A stretch of DNA of 24,000 nt from Anaerolineae bacterium (lineage in GTDB: Bacteria; Chloroflexota; Anaerolineae; Promineifilales; Promineifilaceae): assembly GCA_024762695.1 (NCBI GenBank), contig JANTGY010000016.1:1475-25474 (forward strand). Reading direction: 5' to 3'. How positions within the stretch are numbered: the first letter of the stretch is position 1; each line of letters starts with the position of its first letter. Positions 1 to 6,898 of this stretch are shown here, piece by piece. The translations under genes were made by a program, and so were the position numbers. A model generated the notes under the pieces. It was not told where the DNA came from, did no database searches, and was given only the letters and a program-made list of their open reading frames with translations.

Positions 1-35
1 AGATGCGAGAGCTATTATTTTTAAGGAGAAACAAA

Positions 36-374
36 ATGGCTAAACCATTTGCAGTGACCGATGAGTCATTTCAACAAGACGTATTAGATTCCGAACTACC
101 GGTATTGGTAGATTTTTGGGCCGACTGGTGCGGTCCCTGCCGCATGATTGCGCCTTCCGTCGCCGCCATCGCTGAAGAGTATGAAGGGGCAATCAAGGTT
201 GCTAAAGTGGATGTTGACGAAAATCCGGCCATCCCCGGTCGTTACGGGATTGTAGGCATCCCTACCGTCATGTTATTCAAGGGCGGTCAGGTCGTTGAGC
301 GCATGGTTGGCGCTTATCCCAAAGACCGTATCGTTGCCCAAATTTTGCGACATCTGGACACAGCCGCCGCGTAA
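36..374 (+). CDS. trxA: thioredoxin
   Basis: ORF 3..374 carries the WCGPC redox motif ([15 protein letters not shown]) and has thioredoxin length. AAGGAG lies 7 nt upstream of the ATG at 36 (MAKPFAV), favouring that start over the ATG at 3. Confidence 0.9.
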   Translation: MAKPFAVTDESFQQDVLDSELPVLVDFWADWCGPCRMIAPSVAAIAEEYEGAIKVAKVDVDENPAIPGRYGIVGIPTVMLFKGGQVVERMVGAYPKDRIVAQILRHLDTAAA

Positions 375-399
375 CTCATACTCAATTTAACGAAAGAAC

Positions 400-432
400 A
401 AACGCTTGCTCTGCAAAGAACAGGCGTTTTTT
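400..432 (+). terminator. intrinsic terminator after trxA
   Basis: 9-bp stem AAACGCTTG / CAGGCGTTT (one G-U pair) with a 12-nt loop, followed by a T6 run. Confidence 0.65.
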
Positions 433-454
433 GCTATAAGGAGGCAGTATAAAC

Positions 455-1369
455 ATGCTTGAAATTGCGATTATGGTTGAAGGGCAAAATGGTTTGAATT
501 GGCCGCGTTGGAAAAGGCTGGCAACGGCCGTTGAAGAACTAGGCTTCGTCGGTCTTTACCGCTCCGATCATTACACCAACGCCAACCCGCCGGATAAAGA
601 GTCGCTGGAATTATGGGTATCGTTGACCTGGTTAGCCAGCCACACCAAGCGCATTGAATTTGGACCGCTCGTCTCGCCCGTCTCCTTCCGTCAACCAACG
701 ATGACGGCGCGGATTGCCGGCGCAATAGACGATTTATCTGGCGGGCGGTTAACGTTGGGACTAGGCGCGGGCTGGCAAGAGCGCGAACACACGAATTACG
801 GTTGGGATTTGCTGGATGTGCCGCAGCGTTTTGCCCGGTTTGAAGAAGGGCTGGAAATCATCACACAACTGCTTCACAATGATGATCCGGTGGATTTTGC
901 CGGGGATTATTACCAAACCAATGAAGCAGTTCTGCTGCCTCGCCCACAGCGACCGGGCGGGCCGCCCATCCTCATCGGCGGCAACGGCCCCAAACGTACA
1001 CTGCCCCTGGCGGCGCGTTACGCTTCAGAATGGAATGCGGTTTATGTTTCAGCCGCTCGGTTCGCCGAGTTAAGCGGAATGTTGGATGAGATGTTGGTTG
1101 GAAACGGCCGTGCACCTTCCAACGTCCGCCGATCCCTCATGACTCGCGTCGAAATCGGCAATGACAACCAACTCCAAGCCAAATTCGCTCATTCCAGCCT
1201 GACTCTGGACGAACTCCGGCAACGTGGGCTGGTCCTAGGAACCGGCCCGCAAATCGTCGAGCAGTTGGAGCAGCTTGAAGACGCGGGCGTGCAGCGCGTC
1301 ATGCTGCAATGGCTCGATCTAGACGATATGGACGGACTAGAAAAACTAGCCAACGCCGTTTTGTCCTGA
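455..1369 (+). CDS. LLM-class (luciferase-like) flavin/F420-dependent oxidoreductase
   Basis: 304 aa. N-terminal IMVEGQNGLNW...LGFVGLYRSDHY and GGRLTLGLGAGWQEREH match the luciferase-like monooxygenase TIM-barrel family by recall. AAGGAGG lies 9 nt upstream of the ATG. Confidence 0.8.
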   Translation: MLEIAIMVEGQNGLNWPRWKRLATAVEELGFVGLYRSDHYTNANPPDKESLELWVSLTWLASHTKRIEFGPLVSPVSFRQPTMTARIAGAIDDLSGGRLTLGLGAGWQEREHTNYGWDLLDVPQRFARFEEGLEIITQLLHNDDPVDFAGDYYQTNEAVLLPRPQRPGGPPILIGGNGPKRTLPLAARYASEWNAVYVSAARFAELSGMLDEMLVGNGRAPSNVRRSLMTRVEIGNDNQLQAKFAHSSLTLDELRQRGLVLGTGPQIVEQLEQLEDAGVQRVMLQWLDLDDMDGLEKLANAVLS

Positions 1370-1395
1370 CACCCTCAGCCACGCCAAAAACAAAA

Positions 1396-1436
1396 AACCT
1401 CTTGTCCGGATTGACCAGACAAGGGGTTTTTTCTGT
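1396..1436 (+). terminator. intrinsic terminator after the LLM oxidoreductase
   Basis: 11-bp stem AACCTCTTGTC / GACAAGGGGTT (one G-U pair), 11-nt loop, then a T6 run. Confidence 0.7.
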
Positions 1437-1480
1437 TTTGGGCAATAGAGTCGTTTCTGACTTAACAAATACTTGCCGTT

Positions 1481-1569
1481 GTCATACCCCCACCTTCGTG
1501 AGGGCAAGCTCTGCGAAGGCAGGTATCCCTCTTTTTTTAGGAATGGATTCCCGCCTGCGCGGGAATGAC
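1481..1569. repeat. REP-like palindromic element (GTCAT...ATGAC family), copy A
   Basis: gtcatacccccaccttcgtgagggcaagctctgcgaaggcaggtatcc resembles the copy at 13678. It ends in the hairpin ATTCCCGC-ctgc-GCGGGAAT (1547..1566). Lies between convergent genes. Confidence 0.6.
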
Positions 1570-1602
1570 ATGATCAGTTTTTACAAAAGAACAAACTATT
1601 GT

Positions 1603-2067
1603 TTATTCCGTGTCCTCAACCGAATCCGCGTCCTCTGGGGACTTCTCGGCAGCCCCAAATTGTCCGGCCAGCTTGCCCAGCTCTTCGCTAAGCCATTGCA
1701 AGCCCTGCACCAGCCCCTCGCGGGTTTTACGGCCCAAATCGCCCGTTTCAATTTTGGTCTTGATTTCAGCCGCTTCTTCCTTTACTTTGGCCGCCGCCTG
1801 ACTTTCTTTAGCCTCGCGGATAGCTTTATCTACTTCGCTCACAAAAGATTTCACACCTTCGCGTATTTCACCTTCCACACGATGCCGTTCTTCGCTGTTC
1901 CAGGCCGTTTGCACCGTGTCGGCAAATTGGCGACCCAAATCTTTCAGTTCTCCGGAAATATCGCGCTTTGTCGTATCCGCTTTGGCCGCTTCTTCTTCCT
2001 CTACCGGAATTTCAACTTTCAACCGTTCTTTAATTTCTTCCACACTGGGAATTTGTTCATCGCTCAT
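1603..2067 (-). CDS. hypothetical acidic coiled-coil protein
   Basis: ORF 1603..2085. AAGGAG sits 9 nt upstream of the internal ATG at 2067 (MSDEQIPS), and no SD precedes the ATG at 2085. Glu/Lys-rich with no recognisable catalytic motif. Confidence 0.5.
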   Translation of the reverse strand: MSDEQIPSVEEIKERLKVEIPVEEEEAAKADTTKRDISGELKDLGRQFADTVQTAWNSEERHRVEGEIREGVKSFVSEVDKAIREAKESQAAAKVKEEAAEIKTKIETGDLGRKTREGLVQGLQWLSEELGKLAGQFGAAEKSPEDADSVEDTE

Positions 2068-2142
2068 GATGTCATACTCCTTCATTCAGAAACCTATCAT
2101 ATGACATGCTTTACGTAGTTGACTAAAGTTGGTTGCAATAAC

Positions 2143-3129
2143 TTAGTTCTCAATCTTTTTGAGCGACCAATTATCGACAAAGAAGCCATTGGTTGACAGC
2201 GCATACCGTCCACGAAAACCGACGCCAATTTGCACAGTTTGAGCCTGAGCAACGGTAAAGGTATGGGTAAACGTGTTGCGTTGTCCAAATACAGGCAGGA
2301 ACCAGCCCGTTTCGGCCCCGGTTACGATAAAGCGGACTTCTCCAGAAAGCGGATCGCTAGCCCATATTTTTTGGTGGTTTTCATAACCCATCACCATGTC
2401 TGGGAACAGATTGATCTCAAATTGGTAGGTTCCTGGCTCCAGGTGCATATCGGTCAGCAGCCTCATGCTGATGGCGCCATTGCCTTTAAACATTTTGACG
2501 GTATGCGTGCCATCCCAAATGAACAGGGCGTGTTCGTCGGGCGGCAGTTGGGAGGATGGCAATACGCGCGTTTCTGGTCGCACATAAACATCCCAAGGAT
2601 TGTCGCCAAAGCCGGTTGGTCCTTCGTCCCATTGGAAATACCAGCCATTGGGTAATTGCAATTCGGGTATGCCGTCTTTGTTGTAATGCCCTTCCTCAAA
2701 AGATGCATTGGTCAGAATATTCTGGCCTAATATGGGGTCAGAAGGGATGGTTGGCGGCGGTGGCGGCGCTGTAGGTTGGGGCGGGGAAGTAGGCGGCACG
2801 GCCGTTGCCGTAGGCGGCACGGCCGTTGGCTCTGGCGTGTTGGTGGGAATGGGGATGGGCGTGTCTGTTGGCGGGGCCGGCGTAGCGGTGGGCACGGCCG
2901 TACTGGTGGGCGGCGGCGGAACCGGCGTGTTCGTCGGCGGAATCGGCTCCGGCGTCCAGGTAGGCGGAACTTGGGCGACAGCATCGTCCGTTTCTACATC
3001 CGACAATACCGTTGGCGCAACCGCTGCCCGCGTCGGCAAGATAGAATCGGTTTGGCAAGCGGCCAATACCAGCGCCATCATCATCAATGCCGCGAACCGG
3101 CCGCTAAATAACTGTTTCTTTAGTAACAA
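2143..3129 (-). CDS. lipoprotein with Pro/Thr-rich linker and C-terminal carbohydrate-binding-module-like beta-sandwich
   Basis: TTG start with GGAGG 9 nt upstream. Signal peptide plus lipobox (MMMALVLAAC), a PT linker of about 90 aa, then about 200 aa beginning NASFEEG..., which looks like CBM4/9 or a galactose-binding-like fold by eye. Confidence 0.65.
   Translation of the reverse strand: MLLKKQLFSGRFAALMMMALVLAACQTDSILPTRAAVAPTVLSDVETDDAVAQVPPTWTPEPIPPTNTPVPPPPTSTAVPTATPAPPTDTPIPIPTNTPEPTAVPPTATAVPPTSPPQPTAPPPPPTIPSDPILGQNILTNASFEEGHYNKDGIPELQLPNGWYFQWDEGPTGFGDNPWDVYVRPETRVLPSSQLPPDEHALFIWDGTHTVKMFKGNGAISMRLLTDMHLEPGTYQFEINLFPDMVMGYENHQKIWASDPLSGEVRFIVTGAETGWFLPVFGQRNTFTHTFTVAQAQTVQIGVGFRGRYALSTNGFFVDNWSLKKIEN
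2789..2830. repeat. 21-nt in-frame tandem duplication inside the PT linker
   Basis: gtaggcggcacggccgttgcc followed by gtaggcggcacggccgttggc (20/21 identical). Each unit carries one ACGGCCGT. Confidence 0.8.
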
Positions 3130-3267
3130 AATAGATAACCTCCAAGCATAGAATGAATCCGCTAAATTGTATGATTGCCCCAGGTAACAGGCAAATACCG
3201 GCGGTCGCCGTTTACCCTACAGAGACCAGCCATTTTCTATACAATCAAATTTTTAAGGGTGGAAGGA

Positions 3268-3297
3268 TTGACGGCCGTTCCCCCTTCCGTCTATAAT
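3268..3297 (+). promoter_or_regulatory. sigma70-like promoter (TTGACG, 18-nt spacer, TATAAT)
   Basis: -35 TTGACG at 3268..3273 and perfect -10 TATAAT at 3292..3297. It points into a gene-free region. An ACGGCCGT copy at 3271 overlaps the -35. Confidence 0.4.
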
Positions 3298-3303
3298 GTA
3301 CAA

Positions 3304-3522
3304 TAAGAAACTGCCATAGAATCCCGGATTTTTAAGAGACGGATCGAGGTAGTTAGACGGTCTTTGAAATCTCCAATAGCGCGCCCGCCCGCTTTCGACA
3401 TGTATGAAGAAGTACCGGGTCGAAGCCAACAACTGTCTGCGGCCGCCATGAGATTCACCTACATAAAACCGCCCTAACGCTCGATTAACTAAACGCCTTT
3501 TAGACCAATCCGGGATTTTTTT
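3304..3522 (+). ncRNA. candidate structured small RNA, about 220 nt, rod-like fold
   Basis: Lies downstream of the promoter above. 3320..3330 AATCCCGGATT pairs perfectly with 3507..3517 AATCCGGGATT. The helix continues 3331..3338 / 3497..3504 after a 2-nt bulge, with further helices 3343..3348 / 3480..3485 and 3352..3356 / 3474..3478. T7 run at 3516..3522. The G-U pairs are valid only on the + strand. Confidence 0.35.
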
Positions 3523-3587
3523 GCGCCTGGGTAAAACGCAGTAAGGTTGCAAGGTCATGCGCTAACCCTGCCCACACGCTCTCCATC

Positions 3588-4016
3588 CTACCCCATCTCT
3601 TCAATCCGAAAATCTGTCCGCACGGTTGCGCCGGCCTGTTTAAACATGATGCTGGCTGAACAATATTTGGTTTGGGACAGCTCGATGGCTTGCTCGACCG
3701 CTTTGGCTGATACATTTTTCCCACGCACAATGTAGAGAATATCAACTTCGGTGTAAACGGACGGTATTTCATCGGCCCGCACGCCACTGATTTCAATCTC
3801 GACATCACTGACATTTTCCCGTTTCTTCCGCAATACATGAACCACATCCATCGCCGTGCAGCCGGCCACGCCCGCCAGGAAAAATTCCATCGCGCTGCCG
3901 CCGTTCTCAGCGTTGGATTGTCCGCTTACGTCAAATTCATAACCAGAACCAAGCTTACCGCGAAAATGGAGATTTTTCCCTTTCCAGGTTAGTTTTGCTG
4001 TGTTTGTTTTTGCCAT
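3588..4016 (-). CDS. OsmC/Ohr-family peroxiredoxin-like protein
   Basis: 142 aa with the two family cysteines in context (GVAGCTAMD and TKYCSAS). GGAG upstream of the ATG. Confidence 0.85.
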   Translation of the reverse strand: MAKTNTAKLTWKGKNLHFRGKLGSGYEFDVSGQSNAENGGSAMEFFLAGVAGCTAMDVVHVLRKKRENVSDVEIEISGVRADEIPSVYTEVDILYIVRGKNVSAKAVEQAIELSQTKYCSASIMFKQAGATVRTDFRIEEMG

Positions 4017-4051
4017 TTGTTTCTCCGTTTTTTTGAATTTGGCCGCGAGTA

Positions 4052-4064
4052 TAGGTGAAAACGG
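4052..4064. repeat. 13-nt match to the MITE terminus (solo end?)
   Basis: TAGGTGAAAACGG is identical to the first 13 nt of MITE copy 1 (6543..). Here it runs directly into an ACGGCCGT copy (4061). Confidence 0.4.
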
Positions 4065-4081
4065 CCGTCAAGTCACACAAG

Positions 4082-5194
4082 CTAACGGCCGTATCGCCTT
4101 ATCACCGCCATCACCTCATCCACCGGCAGGGCATGGCGCGTATTGCCATCGCGTCCCACAACCGTGCGGGCCATGAACAAGCTGTTGTAAATCGCCTCTT
4201 CAACCGATTCGATGACTGCCAATGAGAATACGCTCATGATGGGTTGCAGGTGGAGATAAGGCCGTTCCACAACCAATTGCTCTGGCCTATCAGGAAAATG
4301 AACGGCCGTACTGAAAGCAATGACAAAATCGCCGCTGCCGCCATGAACAGCGCTGCCCGTCCGCGCCAGTCCCAAAACCGCCCGCTTACACAACCGGCCT
4401 AACTGGCGACTGTTCAACGGCGCGTCCGTCGCCAATACAATCATAATCGAGCCGTCTTCAGTGCGATTAGCGCCTTCTGGCGGCCGCAAATGCTTCCCGA
4501 CCGGAACGCCGGCAATTGTAAGCTCTTCGGGACGGCCGTAATTGCTCTGCACCAACGCCCCCACCGTAAAGCCCCCCTTCTCCGCTGGCAAAACCCGACT
4601 GGCCGTGCCGATGCCCCCCTTCCAGCCAAAACAGCTTGTTCCCGTCCCCGCGCCCACAGCGCCCTCGGCTACCGGGCCAGTCGCTGCCTTGGCAACGGCT
4701 GCGCGTACTTCTTTCTCGCCAATCGGTCGCGCTTGAATGTCGCTCAAGTAACCATCGCTCGTCTCGCCCACGACCACATTCACACTGGCGTAACCTTGCC
4801 GCCCCGTTTCCGCAAAGCCGACGCCAATATGCGGGTTTTGCTCAATCGCCAACGCTATCAGCGCATCGGCTACGCGGGGGACGTTCAGTGTGCCCGTCAG
4901 AGCAATAGGCGATTCCAACCGGCCCAGTTCCCTGGCCTGCTCAAAGCCAAACACTTTGCCAAAACCATTGATGGTATGAACGGCCGTCGCCACCTTTTTA
5001 TCGTACAAATTACCCAGATGCGGCAAAATCACTGTCACCCCAGTGCGAAACGGGCCGCTCCCTGGCCGCCAGACCCCCTCGCCGGCAAACAGCGTCTCAT
5101 GCCCGACAGCCACCCCAACCACATCAGTGATGCCGTTCAACGGCCCCCTCTCCAAACGATTAATCATGATGTTCAACTCAGCAAAACGCGGCAT
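4082..5194 (-). CDS. P1/S58-family peptidase (DmpA-type L-aminopeptidase/D-esterase)
   Basis: 370 aa. NGITDVVGVAVGH near the N-terminus and the self-processing region GTGTSCFGWKGGIGTASR are typical of DmpA/BapA-type Ntn hydrolases. AAGGAG 7 nt upstream of the ATG. Confidence 0.85.
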   Translation of the reverse strand: MPRFAELNIMINRLERGPLNGITDVVGVAVGHETLFAGEGVWRPGSGPFRTGVTVILPHLGNLYDKKVATAVHTINGFGKVFGFEQARELGRLESPIALTGTLNVPRVADALIALAIEQNPHIGVGFAETGRQGYASVNVVVGETSDGYLSDIQARPIGEKEVRAAVAKAATGPVAEGAVGAGTGTSCFGWKGGIGTASRVLPAEKGGFTVGALVQSNYGRPEELTIAGVPVGKHLRPPEGANRTEDGSIMIVLATDAPLNSRQLGRLCKRAVLGLARTGSAVHGGSGDFVIAFSTAVHFPDRPEQLVVERPYLHLQPIMSVFSLAVIESVEEAIYNSLFMARTVVGRDGNTRHALPVDEVMAVIRRYGR

Positions 5195-5367
5195 TTTTCA
5201 CTCCTTTTCATATGAGTCTTCAGTAAAACAGTATGCGCCGCTCCATAAACGCGCCCCTGATAGTACCAATTTCCCTCCTCCCTTCACCCCTTTGTAACGG
5301 ATTTTGTAACAAATTCAGTTTATGATAAAGCTAAGAAAACCATTCACTATATCCATATGAGCTTACA

Positions 5368-6522
5368 ATGTTGAATTTAAAAACCAAAGTCATTCCCTGC
5401 CCTAACTGCAACCAACTCGTTTCGCGTGAAGAACGGACTTGTCCCTACTGTCAATCCGATCTGGCGATTGCGGCCGTCATTGCCGAAAGAGCGATGTCGG
5501 CGTCGCCCTTATTTAGCAGCCAACCTGCCGCGCCGGAAATGTTGGTCACGCGCGTGGGCGATCTTCTGGTGCAAGAGGGCTTTTTGGCTGAGGCTGATTT
5601 ACACCGCGCCCTGGACGTTCAGAAAGAACGTTCCCAACAAGGAAACCATATCCGTATCGGTCAACTTTTGATAGAGATGGGATTGATTCGTCCTGACGCG
5701 CTGGATCAGGTCGTCACACAGCATATTTTGCAGTTGCAAGAAGCGTTAACGCAAAGTAACCAGCGCTTAGAAAATCAAGTGCAGCAGCGTACAATCCAAT
5801 TACAAAATGCGCTAGCCAAGCTGTCCGAACTAAACCAACTCAAGTTAAATTTCATCTCCAATATATCGCATGAGCTGCGAATGCCCATGCAATTCTTAAT
5901 TGGCTATTTAGATTTGATGAATGGCGGAGCCTTAGGCAAAATGACTGAGCAGCAGGCCAAAGCGGTAGACTCCATGATGGGAGCCAGCAGCCAGTTACAG
6001 CGGCTGATTGAAGATTTGTTACAATTTTCGTCGGCAGCCGATGGCAATTTGCCGCTGGATATGGCCCCGATTACGCTGGATATGCCAGTCAACACGGCCG
6101 TTTCCCATACCCAGCCCAAAGCATTTGCCAGAGAAATCACCCTCAACAACGACCTCTACCCGCGCATCCCCAAAGTCATCGCCGACAATCAAAAAATCAC
6201 TTGGGTTGTCGAACAATTCTTAGACAACGCCATCAAATTCACCCCTGCTGGCGGCAAAGTACGCATCGAAACCATCCCTGTCCGGGGAGACGTTACCGTC
6301 AAAGTAACCGATACCGGCATCGGTATTCCACAAAACCGGATTGAAGAAATTTTTGAGCCTTTCCATCAGCTTGACGGCTCCACCACCCGCAGTTATGGCG
6401 GCACGGGCCTCGGCCTGGCTCTGGCCCGCAACATCGTAGAAGCGCACGGCTCGACCATTCATGTAGATTCCCAGGTGGGTGAAGGAACCTGCTTCTCCTT
6501 TGCATTGCCCGCCCTCAACTAA
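5368..6522 (+). CDS. soluble sensor histidine kinase (zinc ribbon + T2SSE_N/MshEN-like motifs + HisKA + HATPase_c)
   Basis: CPNC..17..CPYC zinc ribbon, tandem RVGDLLVQEGFL.../RIGQLLIEMGLI... motifs, a coiled coil, H-box ISHELRMP, and the ATPase motifs DTGIGIP and GGTGLGLALARNIVEAHG. No TM segments. Confidence 0.85.
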   Translation: MLNLKTKVIPCPNCNQLVSREERTCPYCQSDLAIAAVIAERAMSASPLFSSQPAAPEMLVTRVGDLLVQEGFLAEADLHRALDVQKERSQQGNHIRIGQLLIEMGLIRPDALDQVVTQHILQLQEALTQSNQRLENQVQQRTIQLQNALAKLSELNQLKLNFISNISHELRMPMQFLIGYLDLMNGGALGKMTEQQAKAVDSMMGASSQLQRLIEDLLQFSSAADGNLPLDMAPITLDMPVNTAVSHTQPKAFAREITLNNDLYPRIPKVIADNQKITWVVEQFLDNAIKFTPAGGKVRIETIPVRGDVTVKVTDTGIGIPQNRIEEIFEPFHQLDGSTTRSYGGTGLGLALARNIVEAHGSTIHVDSQVGEGTCFSFALPALN

Positions 6523-6542
6523 AACGCAAAACCGCATCAATT

Positions 6543-6640
6543 TAGGTGAAAACGGGAAAACAATAGTCCTCCCGTTTTCCCTGAGTAAACCACAAAGAAT
6601 TTGCGTAAATTTTATCAAAATACTTTTTGTGGTTTACCTA
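6543..6640 (+). mobile_element. MITE copy 1 (98-bp deletion variant), TA-flanked
   Basis: TA|GGTGAAAACGGGAAA...GTGGTTTACC|TA. Hairpin 1 is GAAAACGGGA/TCCCGTTTTC and hairpin 2 is GTAAACCACAAA/TTTGTGGTTTAC. Lacks the 18-nt gtcatttgaatgag... segment present in the other copies. Confidence 0.75.
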
Positions 6641-6649
6641 TCAACACCT

Positions 6650-6678
6650 CAAGCCTGATTCCCATCGAATCAGGCTTG
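6650..6678 (+). terminator. perfect 12-bp hairpin, a possible terminator after the kinase gene
   Basis: CAAGCCTGATTC-ccatc-GAATCAGGCTTG. No strong U-tract follows, so its function is uncertain. Confidence 0.35.
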
Positions 6679-6852
6679 ACCCGTTTAAATAGAGCTTATG
6701 TTTTCTGTTTTTTTAACCTTTTAAGGGTTTGAGGAGATGAACGCCAAATGTAAGAACGGTTCACGGCCCCCCTCCCAGATATGCCGATTACTCCATTATA
6801 ACCGTACTTAGGCGTTATTGAATATAAAATCGTCTAAAGATAGAATGTTAAT

Positions 6853-6885
6853 CAGGGTAGTCTCATCTACCCTGGTTATTTTTTT
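6853..6885 (+). terminator. canonical intrinsic-terminator-like hairpin abutting the SD of the GGDEF/HD-GYP gene
   Basis: CAGGGTAG-tctcat-CTACCCTG, then GTTATTTTTTT, followed immediately by GGAGG (6886..6890) and the ATG at 6899. Confidence 0.55.
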
Positions 6886-6898
6886 GGAGGCGATTGCT

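Noticed and set aside
3-35. N-terminal ORF-track extensions (3..35 trxA, 6818..6898 GGDEF gene, 15712..15750 deoBC, 20980..21039 dcm, 2068..2085 acidic protein)
   Set aside because: In each case a downstream start has a proper GGAG-type SD and matches the family's usual N-terminus. The extensions overlap terminators, hairpins or the upstream gene.
1309-2118. 269-aa + strand ORF, and similar long antisense ORFs (2708..3151 +, 4490..5215 +, 13963..14532 +, 14698..15198 +, 17740..18540 -, 23533..23985 +)
   Set aside because: Each lies opposite a CDS with clear family motifs. Their translations are low-complexity Arg/Gly/Pro/Ser-rich shadows typical of GC-rich antisense frames, and 1309..2118 also runs through a terminator and REP elements.
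2730-2990. The Pro/Thr-rich stretch as a nucleotide tandem-repeat (VNTR) array
   Set aside because: Apart from one 21-nt duplication (2789..2830), the region is compositionally biased rather than periodically repeated. It is an ordinary PT linker.
3253-3558. 101-aa ORF on the minus strand in the 3130..3587 gap
   Set aside because: No SD upstream of its ATG, a basic low-information sequence with no recognisable family, and it exactly overlies the region better explained by a + strand promoter, closing helix and U-tract.
5291-5310. Direct repeat TTTGTAAC-n4-TTTGTAAC upstream of the kinase gene as an operator
   Set aside because: There are only two 8-mers with no supporting palindrome, no recognisable promoter context and no known cognate regulator, which is too weak to call.
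6641-6852. c-di-GMP riboswitch (GEMM-I/II) in the leader of the GGDEF/HD-GYP gene
   Set aside because: I could not find the conserved GEMM core elements by eye. Only generic hairpins are present, and this needs an Infernal scan before any claim.
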